The notes beneath the pieces were generated by a model. The model made no database searches, had not been told where the DNA came from, and saw only the letters and a list, made by a program, of their open reading frames with translations. Below, piece after piece: positions 1-9,593 of a DNA stretch of 64,000 nucleotides. The position numbers and the translations under genes are program-made. Each line of letters opens with the position of its first letter. The first letter of the stretch is position 1. Source of the DNA: an uncultured bacterium (GTDB lineage: Bacteria > Acidobacteriota > Vicinamibacteria > Vicinamibacterales > UBA2999); NCBI GenBank assembly GCA_963923455.1, contig CAWULT010000003.1, forward strand, positions 15,935 to 79,934, written 5' to 3'.

Positions 1-880
1 ACCGCTCGGCGTCGCGTGCCGGGTCGTAGGTCTCATAGTCCAGATCAGCCCAGTAGCCTTCAAAGGCCGCTCTGAACTTGTCCAAGAGGGCTGGCGTGGA
101 GGCCTGCGCGAGGCGAACATTCCACTCGACACCATCAATCATTGCGCTGTGGGTCAGGTTCGACGAGCCGATGAAGGCCGTCGAGAATCCCGAATCGCGC
201 TCAAACATCCACGCCTTGGCGTGCAAGCGCGTGGTCCGCGTGTCGTAGGAGACCTTGACCTGCGCACCGATTGACGCCAACCAGTCGAGCGCGCGGCGCT
301 CGGTCGATCCTGTGTACACCGTTGTGATCACGCGCAGCGGCCGGCCGGCAGCCCGATGGGCCTCGAGCGCAGCCTTCGTTAGGCGAAGCCCATTCCAGCG
401 AATGAAGGCGCAGATGAGGTCGATGCGATCCGCGGAGCAGATCTCCCGCTCCACGGCGGCGCCAACGGACGGCTCTCCTCGTGCGTTGACCAGGAGGTCG
501 GCACTTGAGAGCGGAACCAGCGGTCGCGGTGTGTCTGTGGTGAACGCACTGCCCCGGTCGAGCTTTCTGACCTCTCGAAGCACCTCCAGGGGAACGATGA
601 GTTCATCTGCTGCCGTGGCCGAATCGGCCCCCACAGTCTGGCCGAACCATTCGAGCACTGCGTTGCACAGCTCCGCCTGCCGGGCGAGCCGCTGATCTTC
701 AGGGATGGCGCGAAGTGCCCGCTCCACGACCTGGCGAATGTGGTTGGCTACAGCAATGTGCGTGTCGCCTGGGTCTGGCCGGTCACGCACCACGGCCGAA
801 GAGTTGACCGCCGACAGGAGTTCGTTGAATCCCCTGGTGATCAGCTGCTCGTACAATCCCGTCGGGAGTCGTCGGGCCAC
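1..880 (-). CDS. HKD/PLD-family nuclease domain, N-terminal part of a DUF3427-type helicase-like protein (C-terminus lies beyond the left window edge)
   Basis: My own minus-strand translation; it is absent from the ORF track because it is open at the edge. Sequence runs ...LYEQLITRGFNELLSAV...ICSADRIDLICAFIRWNGL...TRLHAKAWMFERDSGFSTAFIGSSNLTHSAMIDGVEWNV..., giving an HxK(x)4D...GSxN HKD motif. An in-frame stop lies at 908-910. Candidate starts are GTG at 880 or TTG at 856. Confidence 0.6.
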   Translation of the reverse strand, partial: MARRLPTGLYEQLITRGFNELLSAVNSSAVVRDRPDPGDTHIAVANHIRQVVERALRAIPEDQRLARQAELCNAVLEWFGQTVGADSATAADELIVPLEVLREVRKLDRGSAFTTDTPRPLVPLSSADLLVNARGEPSVGAAVEREICSADRIDLICAFIRWNGLRLTKAALEAHRAAGRPLRVITTVYTGSTERRALDWLASIGAQVKVSYDTRTTRLHAKAWMFERDSGFSTAFIGSSNLTHSAMIDGVEWNVRLAQASTPALLDKFRAAFEGYWADLDYETYDPARDAER

Positions 881-950
881 TGTGCGGGATAGCCTATGGC
901 GGCCGCCTCACTCGCGCAAGTTTGTGCTCGCGCTTGGCAAGCGCGTTCCG

Positions 951-2540
951 CTAACGCTGTTGAGAGTGTCTTCTGCTCTTGCCGGGCACTTGTGAGAGGC
1001 CCCCTCTTACGAGCGTTAGGTAGACCAGGACGAACACCACGGCCGCCAACGCCTCCCCTCCCGCCCCGGGCACCAGAGACCTCGGCACGGCCCCCACGGC
1101 CAGCGCCGCCACGGACGCCCCCACCGGCAGCGTGAAGGCATGCCACGGCCACGCCCAGCCCTCCAGCGCGCGTACCTCGATGGCCCGGAGCGTGGCCTGA
1201 ACCACGTAGGCGCACAGCGTGCCCACGGCAGCGCCGACAGCGCCGACGCGCGGGATCAGGACCAGCGACAGCCCAGCCTGCACCGCGACCGCCGCGAGCG
1301 CGTTGACCACGTTCAGGCTCGGCCGCTTCACCATGATCACGGTCTCGAACAGGCCGAGCAGGCCGTGCGAGCCGGTCGCCACCACCAGCACGACCAGCCA
1401 GGGGGTCGCCACCCGGAACTCCCGCCCGTAGAGCGCGAGGGCGGCGCCGCCCGAGAGGGCCGTGAGCGCCACGATCGGGCACACGAGCAGCAGAATCCAC
1501 GTCGCGACCTGCTCGAGCCGCGCCTGCGCGGACACGGCGGGGCCGACGGCCGGCTGCCCGGCGGGCGTCCCGTCGCCCGCGCCGAGGCCACCCGTGGAGG
1601 CCTGGGCAACGATCGGCGCGAAGGCCTGGTCGAATACCTGTCGCAGCTTCCGGAGGCCGCCTGCCCACTCCGCGGCAGCGGCATACGCCCCCACGGTGAA
1701 GGGCGTCACGCCCGGCGCCGACCCGACGAAGAAGCCGAGCAGCAGCACGTCGAGCCGGGTCAGCAGCAGGCCGAGGATGCTGGTGCCGGCCACCGGCACG
1801 GCGAACCGCAGCAGGCCGCGGGCTGGGTCGTCGGTGGCTGCCACGCCGGCGGCGCGCCCGCTCTGTGGCGCCCCGCCTGGCGTCGCAGGGGCGACCGCCG
1901 CGTCTGACACCACCCGTGCGGTCATCCCCGCCGCCACGGCCAACGCCGCGAACGTGCCGATCGTCACGGCGAGCGATGGACCGGCCTCCCCCACCCCCAG
2001 CGCCAGCGTCAGGGCCAGGCCCCCGAGCATGACCACGGTGCCGGTGATGCCGTGCGCGTACAGGTCCACGTCCATTACCCGCAGCCCGCGGGCGACGGCC
2101 GCGCAGACACGGCCCACGGCCAGGGCCGGGATGGTCGGCGCCATCACCGCGAGCGCGAGCCCGACGCCACCGGCACGAATCGACCGCGGCCAGCCGGCGG
2201 CCACGGCCAGCAGGACAGCCAGCATCGGCACCAGGCTGGCGCCGAGGGCGGCGAGCGCGGCGGCCCGAAGTATCGGCCTGGCCGCCCAGGCACGCCCGAG
2301 CCCGCGGGCCCTGGCCACGAACGTCAGCGCGGCATTGTCCAGGCCGAAGACGCCGATGGTGCTGAGGACGTCCATCCACGCGAAGGCGAGGAGGAAGGCG
2401 CCAAGGGCGGCGCCCCCGAGCGTACGGGCGATCACGACGCTCATGACGCCGCGGACGCTCATGGCCGCCAGCGTGGCGGCGTTGGCCGCAATGCCACGCG
2501 TCAGCGTGCGGGCGTCCGAGCCGTGCTCGTGCGCGGTCAC
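951..2540 (-). CDS. Wzx/MOP-superfamily polysaccharide biosynthesis (flippase-like) membrane protein
   Basis: 529-aa ORF that is extremely hydrophobic, with many predicted TM spans. The N-terminal ...RGIAANAATLAAMSVRGVMSVVIARTLGGAALGAFLLAF... pattern is typical of polysaccharide-synthesis flippases. Confidence 0.6.
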   Translation of the reverse strand: MTAHEHGSDARTLTRGIAANAATLAAMSVRGVMSVVIARTLGGAALGAFLLAFAWMDVLSTIGVFGLDNAALTFVARARGLGRAWAARPILRAAALAALGASLVPMLAVLLAVAAGWPRSIRAGGVGLALAVMAPTIPALAVGRVCAAVARGLRVMDVDLYAHGITGTVVMLGGLALTLALGVGEAGPSLAVTIGTFAALAVAAGMTARVVSDAAVAPATPGGAPQSGRAAGVAATDDPARGLLRFAVPVAGTSILGLLLTRLDVLLLGFFVGSAPGVTPFTVGAYAAAAEWAGGLRKLRQVFDQAFAPIVAQASTGGLGAGDGTPAGQPAVGPAVSAQARLEQVATWILLLVCPIVALTALSGGAALALYGREFRVATPWLVVLVVATGSHGLLGLFETVIMVKRPSLNVVNALAAVAVQAGLSLVLIPRVGAVGAAVGTLCAYVVQATLRAIEVRALEGWAWPWHAFTLPVGASVAALAVGAVPRSLVPGAGGEALAAVVFVLVYLTLVRGGLSQVPGKSRRHSQQR

Positions 2541-2550
2541 GCCGGCCGCG

Positions 2551-3441
2551 CTACCGGATGAAGGTGCCGGTGTTCAGCTCGAGGAAGGCCTGACGCAGCT
2601 CCTGCTCGGTGTTCATCACGATCGGGCCGTACCAGGCGACGGGCTCCTCGATCGGGCGGCCGGAGACCAACAGGAAGCGGATGCCCTCCTCCCCTGCCCG
2701 TACGGTGATCTCGTCGCCGCGGTCGAACAGCACGAGCGACCGGTTGCCGGCGGCCGCGTCGTCGCGCTGGCCCGTCAGCTCGTTGATCGCGCTCTGCGGG
2801 TCGGAGGCGTCGCGGAACGAGCCGTCTCCGGCGAAGACGTACGCGAACACGTGGTTGGTGCGGTCCACCGGGATGCGCTTCAGCGTGCCAGGCGGCACCG
2901 AGACGTCGAGGTAGCGCGGGTCCGCGGCCACGCCCTCGACCGGGCCCTTCGCGCCCCAGAACTCTCCGCACAGCACCCGGGCGCGCGTGCCGTCGTCGTC
3001 CACCACTTCTGGCACGTCCTGCGACTTGATGTCCTGGTAACGCGGCGCGGTCATCTTCAGCGACGACGGCAGGTTGGCCCAGAGCTGGAACCCGTGCATC
3101 CGGCCCTGGGCGTCGCCCTTCGGCATTTCCTGGTGGAGAATCCCGCGGCCGGCCGTCATCCACTGGATGTCGCCGGAGCCGAGCGTGCCGCGGTTGCCCA
3201 GGCTGTCGCCGTGCTCCACGTCGCCAGCGAGGACGTAGGTGATGGTCTCGATGCCGCGGTGGGGGTGCCACGGGAAGCCGGCCAGGTACTCGTCGGGCAC
3301 GTCGTTGCGAAAGTCGTCGAGCAGCAGGAACGGGTCGAACTCGTTGGTGCTGCCGAAGCCGAAGGCCCGCCGCAGGTGCACACCGGCACCTTCAATGGTG
3401 GGACGCGAGGCCGAGACGCGCTTGACGGGACGGACGGACAT
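2551..3441 (-). CDS. Pirin family protein
   Basis: 296 aa from ATG 3441 (MSVRPVK...). Cupin metal site FPWHPHRGIETITYVLAGDVEHGDSLGN and GDIQWMTAGRGILHQE. The 591-aa ORF-track version is an upstream extension that overlaps apbE. Confidence 0.9.
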   Translation of the reverse strand: MSVRPVKRVSASRPTIEGAGVHLRRAFGFGSTNEFDPFLLLDDFRNDVPDEYLAGFPWHPHRGIETITYVLAGDVEHGDSLGNRGTLGSGDIQWMTAGRGILHQEMPKGDAQGRMHGFQLWANLPSSLKMTAPRYQDIKSQDVPEVVDDDGTRARVLCGEFWGAKGPVEGVAADPRYLDVSVPPGTLKRIPVDRTNHVFAYVFAGDGSFRDASDPQSAINELTGQRDDAAAGNRSLVLFDRGDEITVRAGEEGIRFLLVSGRPIEEPVAWYGPIVMNTEQELRQAFLELNTGTFIR

Positions 3442-3509
3442 GGTCGACTCCTTCGGGGTGCTGGCGGGGATCGATGGCATTATCCCCCGCGGCGCGTGCG
3501 GCACGCCGT

Positions 3510-4589
3510 TCAGGGTGCGTCGCCGGGCTGGCTCAGGATCTCGAGGCGCCCACGCAGTCCCGACGAGACGAGCACCTCGTTGCGCGCGGTGACGATCACG
3601 CCCTCGACGTTCGGCAGGCGTTCGATGAGCGCCATGCCGGCGTCCGGCCCCGCAACGAACACCCCCGTGGACAGCGCGTCGGCCAGCACGGCCCTGTCCG
3701 CGACGATGGTGACGCTGCGACAGCCCCTGGCCGGCTCTCCGCTGTCGGGATCCAGGAGGTGATGGTAGCGCCGTCCGTCCTTGACGAAGGCGCGCTCGTA
3801 GTCGCCGGAGGTGCTGAAGGTGGCGTCGGAGAGATCGAGTGCCGCGAACACCGCACCCGCGTGGCCTCGGGGATCCTGGATGCCCACGCGCCATGGGCGT
3901 CCGCCGCGGTGACCGGCGGCGTAGAAGTCGCCGCCGGCCTGGATCATGAAGTCCCGAAGACCTCGCCCGCGCAGGATGGCCACGGCCCGGTCGACGGCAA
4001 GGCCCTTGCCGATGCCCCCCAGGTGCACCCGCATGCCAGGCCTGGGCAGGAAGACGCTGCCGCGGGCCTCGTCCACCCGGATCGCGGCATAGTCCACGAG
4101 CGGCAGCCGGGCCTCGATCTGGGCGCGACCCGGCACCACCCCGTCCCGGTCGTGATCGAATTTCCAGATGTCGGAGAGGGCCCCGAACGTGACGTCGAAC
4201 TTGCCGCCGGTCCAGTCCCCCACCTGCCGGGCCACGCGCAACGCTTCGAGGACTTCGGGGCTGACGTCGACTGGACGCGTTCCGGCGGCGGCGTTCATGC
4301 GAAGCACGTCGCTGCCGGGCTTCCACACGCTCATCAGGCGGTCGAGGCGGTCGAACTCGTCGAACACCTCGCCGAAAGCGGCGGCCGCGGCCCGCTCATC
4401 AGGGGTCCAGGCCGAGAGCCGCAGCTCGGAGCCCATCGTGACGTAGGTGCGTTCGACCAGGCGGGCCGAGGACGCCGGGTCGGGGGCCGGTCCTCCGTCG
4501 CCGGCGCCTGGAGGCGCCACACAGGCAGCGGCCCAGGAGACGGCCGTAACGACGGCACAGGCCGGCACCAGCCGGCGCAGGAGGGACAT
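3510..4589 (-). CDS. apbE: FAD:protein FMN transferase (ApbE family lipoprotein)
   Basis: 359 aa from ATG 4589 (MSLLRRLVPACAVV...). Has a lipoprotein-like signal ending AAAC and ApbE-like blocks GGIGKGLAVD, TSGDYERAF and HHLLDPDSG. Confidence 0.85.
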   Translation of the reverse strand: MSLLRRLVPACAVVTAVSWAAACVAPPGAGDGGPAPDPASSARLVERTYVTMGSELRLSAWTPDERAAAAAFGEVFDEFDRLDRLMSVWKPGSDVLRMNAAAGTRPVDVSPEVLEALRVARQVGDWTGGKFDVTFGALSDIWKFDHDRDGVVPGRAQIEARLPLVDYAAIRVDEARGSVFLPRPGMRVHLGGIGKGLAVDRAVAILRGRGLRDFMIQAGGDFYAAGHRGGRPWRVGIQDPRGHAGAVFAALDLSDATFSTSGDYERAFVKDGRRYHHLLDPDSGEPARGCRSVTIVADRAVLADALSTGVFVAGPDAGMALIERLPNVEGVIVTARNEVLVSSGLRGRLEILSQPGDAP

Positions 4590-4597
4590 CGAAACGT

Positions 4598-5545
4598 CTA
4601 GCTGACGTCGAGCAGGACCTTCATCACGGGTTTCGACCTGGCCAGGGCCAGTGCTTCGAGTCCCCGTCCCAGCTCGAAACGTTCGGACACCAGCGCTCCC
4701 ACCTGGACGCGGCCGTCCGCGAGCGCGGCCAGGGCCTGGTCGAATGGGCCGCACCGGGAGCCGACGATCGTGACCTCGTCGATGACGATCGGCGCCATCG
4801 CCATCGTCTGGGCGCCGGCGACGGTCGTCTTCAGGACCACCGTTCCACGCGGGCGGACCAGGCTCAGCGCCGTGGGCAGGCCGGTCTCGGAGCCCGTGCA
4901 GTCCACCACGATGTCCGCCACGCGCTCGTCCTTCAGGTCGCGCAGCAGCATCGTCGCGATGCCGAGCGACTGCAGCAACGCCAGCTTCTCGGGGTGCTTT
5001 CCGACGACGAGGACGTTCTCCGAGAGCCCGGCCAGCACCTGCGCCGAGAGATTGCCCAGACGGCCGTCGCCGAGGACCACGATTCTCGCGCCTTGGGGTA
5101 TCGGCACTTGCGCCGGGATCTGGAACGCCGCCGCCACCGGCTCCGTGAACACCGCCACCTCGTTCGGCAGTTCGTCCGGCACGAGGTGCAGGTTGCGCTG
5201 GGGCACGGCGATGTAGTCCGCGAACGCGCCGTCATGATTCAGAATGCCGAGGACCGTCCTGTTCGGACAGTGCGACGGATACCCGGCGCGACAGGTGGGA
5301 CAGTCCCAGCAGCTGCAGTTGATTTCGCCCACGACGCGGCGGCCGGCGTACGGCCCCGATTCGGCGACGCCGACGAACTCGTGTCCGAGCACGCCGCGAA
5401 ACCCCATGTACCCCTTGATCAGCTGCAGGTCCGTCTCGCAGACACCGGCGCACTGCACGCGCACCAGGACTTCGCCGGGTGCCGGGCTCGGCATCGGGTA
5501 CGAGGACTGCACTTCGACGTCGTGACTCAGAACAACCGCCCGCAT
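4598..5545 (-). CDS. Zinc-dependent alcohol dehydrogenase family (MDR) oxidoreductase
   Basis: 315 aa. Catalytic Zn motif GVCETD...GHEFVG, a structural Zn Cys cluster CSCWDCPTCRAGYPSHC, and a Rossmann motif VVLGDGRLG. Confidence 0.85.
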   Translation of the reverse strand: MRAVVLSHDVEVQSSYPMPSPAPGEVLVRVQCAGVCETDLQLIKGYMGFRGVLGHEFVGVAESGPYAGRRVVGEINCSCWDCPTCRAGYPSHCPNRTVLGILNHDGAFADYIAVPQRNLHLVPDELPNEVAVFTEPVAAAFQIPAQVPIPQGARIVVLGDGRLGNLSAQVLAGLSENVLVVGKHPEKLALLQSLGIATMLLRDLKDERVADIVVDCTGSETGLPTALSLVRPRGTVVLKTTVAGAQTMAMAPIVIDEVTIVGSRCGPFDQALAALADGRVQVGALVSERFELGRGLEALALARSKPVMKVLLDVS

Positions 5546-5614
5546 GCGCGCAAACGTACCAGAACCAGCGGGTTCCCGCCAGTGCGAGGGTCTGATTGTG
5601 GAAGGGGGAGAGGG

Positions 5615-5647
5615 CCGGCGGCTGGCGCCAGGACCAGCCGCCTCCGG
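5615..5647 (-). terminator. GC-rich hairpin 8 nt downstream of the last oxidase gene (candidate terminator, no U-tract)
   Basis: Arms GGCGGCTGG (5617-5625) and CCAGCCGCC (5634-5642) pair perfectly around an 8-nt loop, and the outer CCGG pairs extend the stem. The hairpin sits between the cox operon end and the ADH start. Confidence 0.3.
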
Positions 5648-5654
5648 AGGGGAC

Positions 5655-6275
5655 TTACTGGTTGGTGGGTGCCTGCTCGGCGCGCTCGAGCATGTACGCG
5701 GCCAGCGCCTGCAGGCGCGCGTCGCCGAGGTGCACGAACGACGGCATCTGCTCGAACTGCTTCCGCTTGCGGCCGGGCGACTTGGCCCATTCGACGATCT
5801 TGGCCGGGTCGGTCGAATAGAGGCCCCTGATCTCGGCCAGCGTGGGCGCCGTCTTCGTGGTGTTGCTGTGGCAGGTGCCGCAGGTCACGCCCCACAACGC
5901 CTCCGGGTTGGCGAGCGCCGTCGCGGTCGGTGCCGGCAGTTCGGCCTCGGCGATCCGGGGGAGCGTACCGGCCGTGGTGCTGCCACGCGGCGACGCCATC
6001 CAGCCGCGCGAGAGGTAGTCGGTCAGGGTCAGGCCGAAGAGGGTCAGGACGAAGAAGATCGTGCCGCCGACGACCAGCTTGGTGAGCTTGCTGCTGTACT
6101 TCACGTGCATGAAGAACAGGATCACCAGCGTCGCCTTGAACAGCGCGATGCCGATGGCCACCGGGAAGTTCAGGTGGCCCAGGTTCGTGAACGCGGCGCC
6201 GACCGTGGCCGCGGTCAGCACCATCAGCGCCCCGAAGATCGTGTAGTAGGTGCTCTTGGGTGAGATGTGAGACAT
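5655..6275 (-). CDS. Cytochrome c oxidase subunit IV (prokaryotic CtaF/CoxD type) fused to a C-terminal monohaem cytochrome c domain
   Basis: 206 aa. The N-terminal ~95 aa carry three TM helices with LFKATLVILFFMHVKYS, as in bacterial subunit IV. The C-terminal ~100 aa are soluble, with a single CGTCH haem-binding site and a downstream Met (FEQMPSF). The start lies 4 nt after the coxC stop. Confidence 0.8.
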   Translation of the reverse strand: MSHISPKSTYYTIFGALMVLTAATVGAAFTNLGHLNFPVAIGIALFKATLVILFFMHVKYSSKLTKLVVGGTIFFVLTLFGLTLTDYLSRGWMASPRGSTTAGTLPRIAEAELPAPTATALANPEALWGVTCGTCHSNTTKTAPTLAEIRGLYSTDPAKIVEWAKSPGRKRKQFEQMPSFVHLGDARLQALAAYMLERAEQAPTNQ

Positions 6276-6278
6276 GGC

Positions 6279-6974
6279 TTACTTCAAGTGAGCGCCTGTC
6301 CTGTCCACGAGATACAGGAGCGGGAACAGGAAGATCCACACGATGTCGACGAAGTGCCAGTACAGGCCCGCCATCTCGACCGGGGTGTACCACTCCGGGG
6401 AGAACCGGCGCTTGTGGGCCATCCAGGCGATCACCGACAGGATACCGAATCCGATCACCATGTGCAGCGCGTGGAGGCCTGTGAGCGCGAAGTAGAGCGA
6501 CAGGAAGATCTCCACCTGTCCCGCGTGCGGTCCCTCGAACTGGAAGCCGAAGCCGGGAATGTGGTGCAGTTCCCACTTGTGCTTGTACTCGAAGAACTTG
6601 ACCACGAGGAAGACGAGGCCGAGCAGCATCGTCACCAGCAGCCAGTTCACCGTGGCCTTCGGGTACCCGACTTGTGCCGCCCGCACGGCCAGGGCCATGG
6701 TCAAGCTGCTCGAGATCAGGACGACCGTGTTGAAGCCGCCCATCAGGATGTCGAGCTCGAGGCTGCCCTCCATCCACGCTTCTGGGTACCAGATGCGATA
6801 GATCATGTAGGCCGTGAACAGCCCACCGAAGAACATCACCTCCTGGACGATGAAGATCCACATCCCCAGGACGGAGGCTTCCTTCTGCTGCTGCAGCGTC
6901 TCGAAGTGATGCTGCAGGGCAGGATGATGGGCGTGCCCGTGCCCGTCAGCGTGTGCAACTGCCGCGTTATGCAA
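6279..6974 (-). CDS. coxC: Cytochrome c oxidase subunit III
   Basis: 231 aa, multi-TM, with [18 protein letters not shown] and [16 protein letters not shown] signatures. Overlaps the coxA end by 8 nt. Confidence 0.92.
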   Translation of the reverse strand: MHNAAVAHADGHGHAHHPALQHHFETLQQQKEASVLGMWIFIVQEVMFFGGLFTAYMIYRIWYPEAWMEGSLELDILMGGFNTVVLISSSLTMALAVRAAQVGYPKATVNWLLVTMLLGLVFLVVKFFEYKHKWELHHIPGFGFQFEGPHAGQVEIFLSLYFALTGLHALHMVIGFGILSVIAWMAHKRRFSPEWYTPVEMAGLYWHFVDIVWIFLFPLLYLVDRTGAHLK

Positions 6975-8592
6975 CCTTGATCTCCCGCTTCGAGTAGTCG
7001 TACGCCTCTTCGTTCACCACGGGAGTCCCCGCGAAGTTCTCCGGCAGCGGCGGCGACTGTGTCTGCCATTCGAGGCCGGTGGCGCCCCATGGGTTCTCAC
7101 CGGCGTCCTCGCCCTTCATGAGCGACCAGGCGAAATAGATGACGGGCAGCGCGTACCCGAGGCCGAGCACAGCGGCTCCGCCCGTCGACAGGACGTTGAA
7201 CACCTGCCATTCCTCCGGGTACACGTGGTACCGGCGGGGCATGCCCATGTAGCCCAGGATGAACTGGGGGAAGAACGTGAGGTTGAACCCGATGAACACG
7301 AGGACGGCCGAGACCTTCGCCGCCGCGTCGTTGTACATCTTCCCGGTCATCTTCGGCCAGTAGAAGTGCAGGCCGGCGAAGTAGCCCATGATCGCGCCGC
7401 CCACCATGATGTAGTGGAAGTGCGCGACGACGAAGTAGGTGTCGTGCAGGTGGACGTCGAGGCCAACCGAGGCGAGGAACAGGCCCGTCAGCCCGCCGAT
7501 CAGGAAGAGGCCGATGAAGCCGAACACGAAGAACATCGGCGCCTTCCACCAGATGGCGCCCTGATAGAGGGTGGCCGTCCAGTTGAAGGTCTTGACGGCG
7601 GACGGGATGGCCACCGCGAAGGTCAGGAACGAGAACACCATCGCCGAGTAGGGCGAGATGCCCGCGACGAACATGTGGTGCGCCCAGATGAGGAAGCCGA
7701 ACACCGCGATCGCGAGGCTCGAGAAGGCCACGAACGAGTAGCCGAACACGCTCTTGCGCGAGAAGCAGGCGATGACCTCGGAGATCACCCCCATCGGCGG
7801 CAGGATCATGATGTAGACCGCCGGGTGCGAGTAGAACCAGAAGAGGTGCTGGAAGAGCACCGGGTCGCCCCCGAGGCGCGGGTCGAAGATGCCGAAGCCG
7901 AGGCCGCGCTCGAGGGCCAGCATCAGCACTGTGATGGCGACGACCGGCGTACCGAGGATCTGCACCAGGCTCGTCGCGTAGAGCGCCCAGACGAGCAGCG
8001 GCAGCCGGAACCACGTCAGGCCTGGGGCCCGCATGCGGTGAATCGTCACCATGAAGTTGACGCCCGTCAGGATCGACGAGAACCCGGTGACGAACACGCC
8101 GATGCCCGTCAGCATCACGTTCGTGTCGGATGCCGCCGTGGTGTAGGGCACGTAGAACGTCCAGCCGGTGTCGACGCCGCCGAACACCATGGCCGACACC
8201 GTGATGATGAAGCCGATGACGAAGACGTACCAGCTGATCAGGTTGACCTTCGGAAACGCCACGTCCTTCGCGCCCAGCATCAGCGGCAGCACGAAGTTGC
8301 CGATCACGGCCGGCACTGCCGGGATCAGGACGAAGAACACCATCGCGACGCCGTGCATCGTGAACAGCTTGTTGTAGGTGTCGCTCGACCACATGTCGCC
8401 CGCTGGGGTGGTCAGCTCCAGGCGGATGCCCGCGGCGAAGATGCCGCCGAGGAAGAAGGCGAGCGAGACCACCGCCAGGTACATCAGACCGATCCGCTTG
8501 TGGTCCTTCGTCAGGAGCCACGAGAGGATTCCGTACTGATGGTTCAGGTAGGTCCGGCGTGCGGGAGCTTTGGTTGTCATGTCCGTACCCAT
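6967..8592 (-). CDS. coxA: Cytochrome c oxidase subunit I (haem-copper oxidase catalytic subunit)
   Basis: 541 aa, with [28 protein letters not shown] and VAHFHYIM signatures. Its ATG overlaps the coxB stop by 1 nt. Confidence 0.97.
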   Translation of the reverse strand: MGTDMTTKAPARRTYLNHQYGILSWLLTKDHKRIGLMYLAVVSLAFFLGGIFAAGIRLELTTPAGDMWSSDTYNKLFTMHGVAMVFFVLIPAVPAVIGNFVLPLMLGAKDVAFPKVNLISWYVFVIGFIITVSAMVFGGVDTGWTFYVPYTTAASDTNVMLTGIGVFVTGFSSILTGVNFMVTIHRMRAPGLTWFRLPLLVWALYATSLVQILGTPVVAITVLMLALERGLGFGIFDPRLGGDPVLFQHLFWFYSHPAVYIMILPPMGVISEVIACFSRKSVFGYSFVAFSSLAIAVFGFLIWAHHMFVAGISPYSAMVFSFLTFAVAIPSAVKTFNWTATLYQGAIWWKAPMFFVFGFIGLFLIGGLTGLFLASVGLDVHLHDTYFVVAHFHYIMVGGAIMGYFAGLHFYWPKMTGKMYNDAAAKVSAVLVFIGFNLTFFPQFILGYMGMPRRYHVYPEEWQVFNVLSTGGAAVLGLGYALPVIYFAWSLMKGEDAGENPWGATGLEWQTQSPPLPENFAGTPVVNEEAYDYSKREIKVA

Positions 8593-9590
8593 TACCGTCG
8601 CTCCGCGGCGGTGGTCGTCACCGCGGCGGGAGCCTCGGCCTGGGCAGCCGGCGCTGCGCCAGGAGCGGCCTTCAGGCTCTTGATGTATTCGATGAGGCTC
8701 ATCACGCCTTCTTCGTTCACCAGACCCTGGAACGTCGGCATCAGGGGCTGGTAGCCGGCCACCATCTTCATCTGGGGAGTCAGGATCGACTCGCGCAGGT
8801 AGCTGTCGTCGGCGACGACGTCACGCCCGCCGACGATGTCGACCTTCGAGTTGTAGACCCCCGCCAGGGCCGGACCGCGGCCCTTGCCGTCCGGCAGGTG
8901 GCAGGTGACGCACGAGAGCTGCTCGAAGAGCTGCTGGCCGCGCTGGGCCATCGGCATCCCCGTATCGCCGCTGAGCCACGCCTGATAGTCGTTCGGCTCC
9001 ATGACGATCACCTTGCCGATCATCCCGGAGTGCTTCGTGCCGCAGTACTCGGCGCAGAAGAGGTGGTACTCCCCAGTCTGCGTCGCCTCGAACCAGAGCG
9101 AGCTGTACCGGCCCGGGATGGCATCGGCCTTCACGCGGAATGCCGGGATGAACAGGTCGTGGAGCACGTCCTCCGACGTGAACGTCACGCGGACGGGCCG
9201 GCCCTTCGGCACGTGGAGCTCGTTGATCTCCGCCTTGCCGTCGATGTGCTGGAAGCGCCACATCCACCGCTTGCCGGTGGAGTAGATCTCCAGGGTTTCT
9301 GCGGGCGGACGCACCAGCTGGAAGAACACCGACGTGGAGTAGGCGAAGATTCCCATCGCGATGATGAAGGGAATCAGCGACCAGCCCAGCTCGAGTGGAA
9401 TCGACCCGTGGATGTTGGCGCCGACCTTCTGACCCGAATCGTCGCGGTACTTGATGGCGAAGATCGCGACGATGACGGACACCAACACGGCGAAGAACGC
9501 CGTCACGCCCAGGATCAGGAAGTACAAGTTGTCCACCTGGGAGGCCATGGTGGACGCTTGTGCCGGAAAGAAGGGAATGCCAGACACCAT
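8592..9590 (-). CDS. coxB: Cytochrome c oxidase subunit II with C-terminal cytochrome c domain (caa3 type)
   Basis: 332 aa, two N-terminal TMs, CuA site HDLFIPAF...[12 protein letters not shown], and a C-terminal CVTCH haem c site. Confidence 0.95.
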   Translation of the reverse strand: MVSGIPFFPAQASTMASQVDNLYFLILGVTAFFAVLVSVIVAIFAIKYRDDSGQKVGANIHGSIPLELGWSLIPFIIAMGIFAYSTSVFFQLVRPPAETLEIYSTGKRWMWRFQHIDGKAEINELHVPKGRPVRVTFTSEDVLHDLFIPAFRVKADAIPGRYSSLWFEATQTGEYHLFCAEYCGTKHSGMIGKVIVMEPNDYQAWLSGDTGMPMAQRGQQLFEQLSCVTCHLPDGKGRGPALAGVYNSKVDIVGGRDVVADDSYLRESILTPQMKMVAGYQPLMPTFQGLVNEEGVMSLIEYIKSLKAAPGAAPAAQAEAPAAVTTTAAERR

Positions 9591-9593
9591 AAA

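Noticed and set aside
1462-3762. 766-aa plus-strand ORF, and similar ones at 841..2379 and 1140..1907, overlapping the flippase and pirin genes
   Set aside because: It is antisense or out of frame to genes with clear family signatures. The translation is Ala/Arg/Pro/Ser-rich low-complexity sequence, as expected from stop-codon-poor high-GC DNA.
2551-4326. N-terminally extended versions of real genes in the ORF track: pirin 591 aa, actC 699 aa, dnaN 400 aa, parB 324 aa, wzt 454 aa, NusG-like 205 aa, dusB 384 aa, rsmI 322 aa, glmU 475 aa, apbE 414 aa
   Set aside because: The extensions overlap the upstream gene or intergenic DNA and translate to Arg/Pro-rich junk. Internal ATG/GTG starts give canonical N-termini, often with RBS-like GGAGG or start/stop coupling.
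5599-5606. Isolated DnaA-box-like TGTGGAAG in the ADH-cox spacer
   Set aside because: It is a single degenerate copy far from dnaA, and a chance occurrence is expected.
7215-7235. Palindrome-like GGTACACGTGGTACC inside coxA that contains the CACGTG core of parS
   Set aside because: The flanks do not match the parS half-sites (TGTT/AACA). It lies within a conserved coding region and is probably coincidental.
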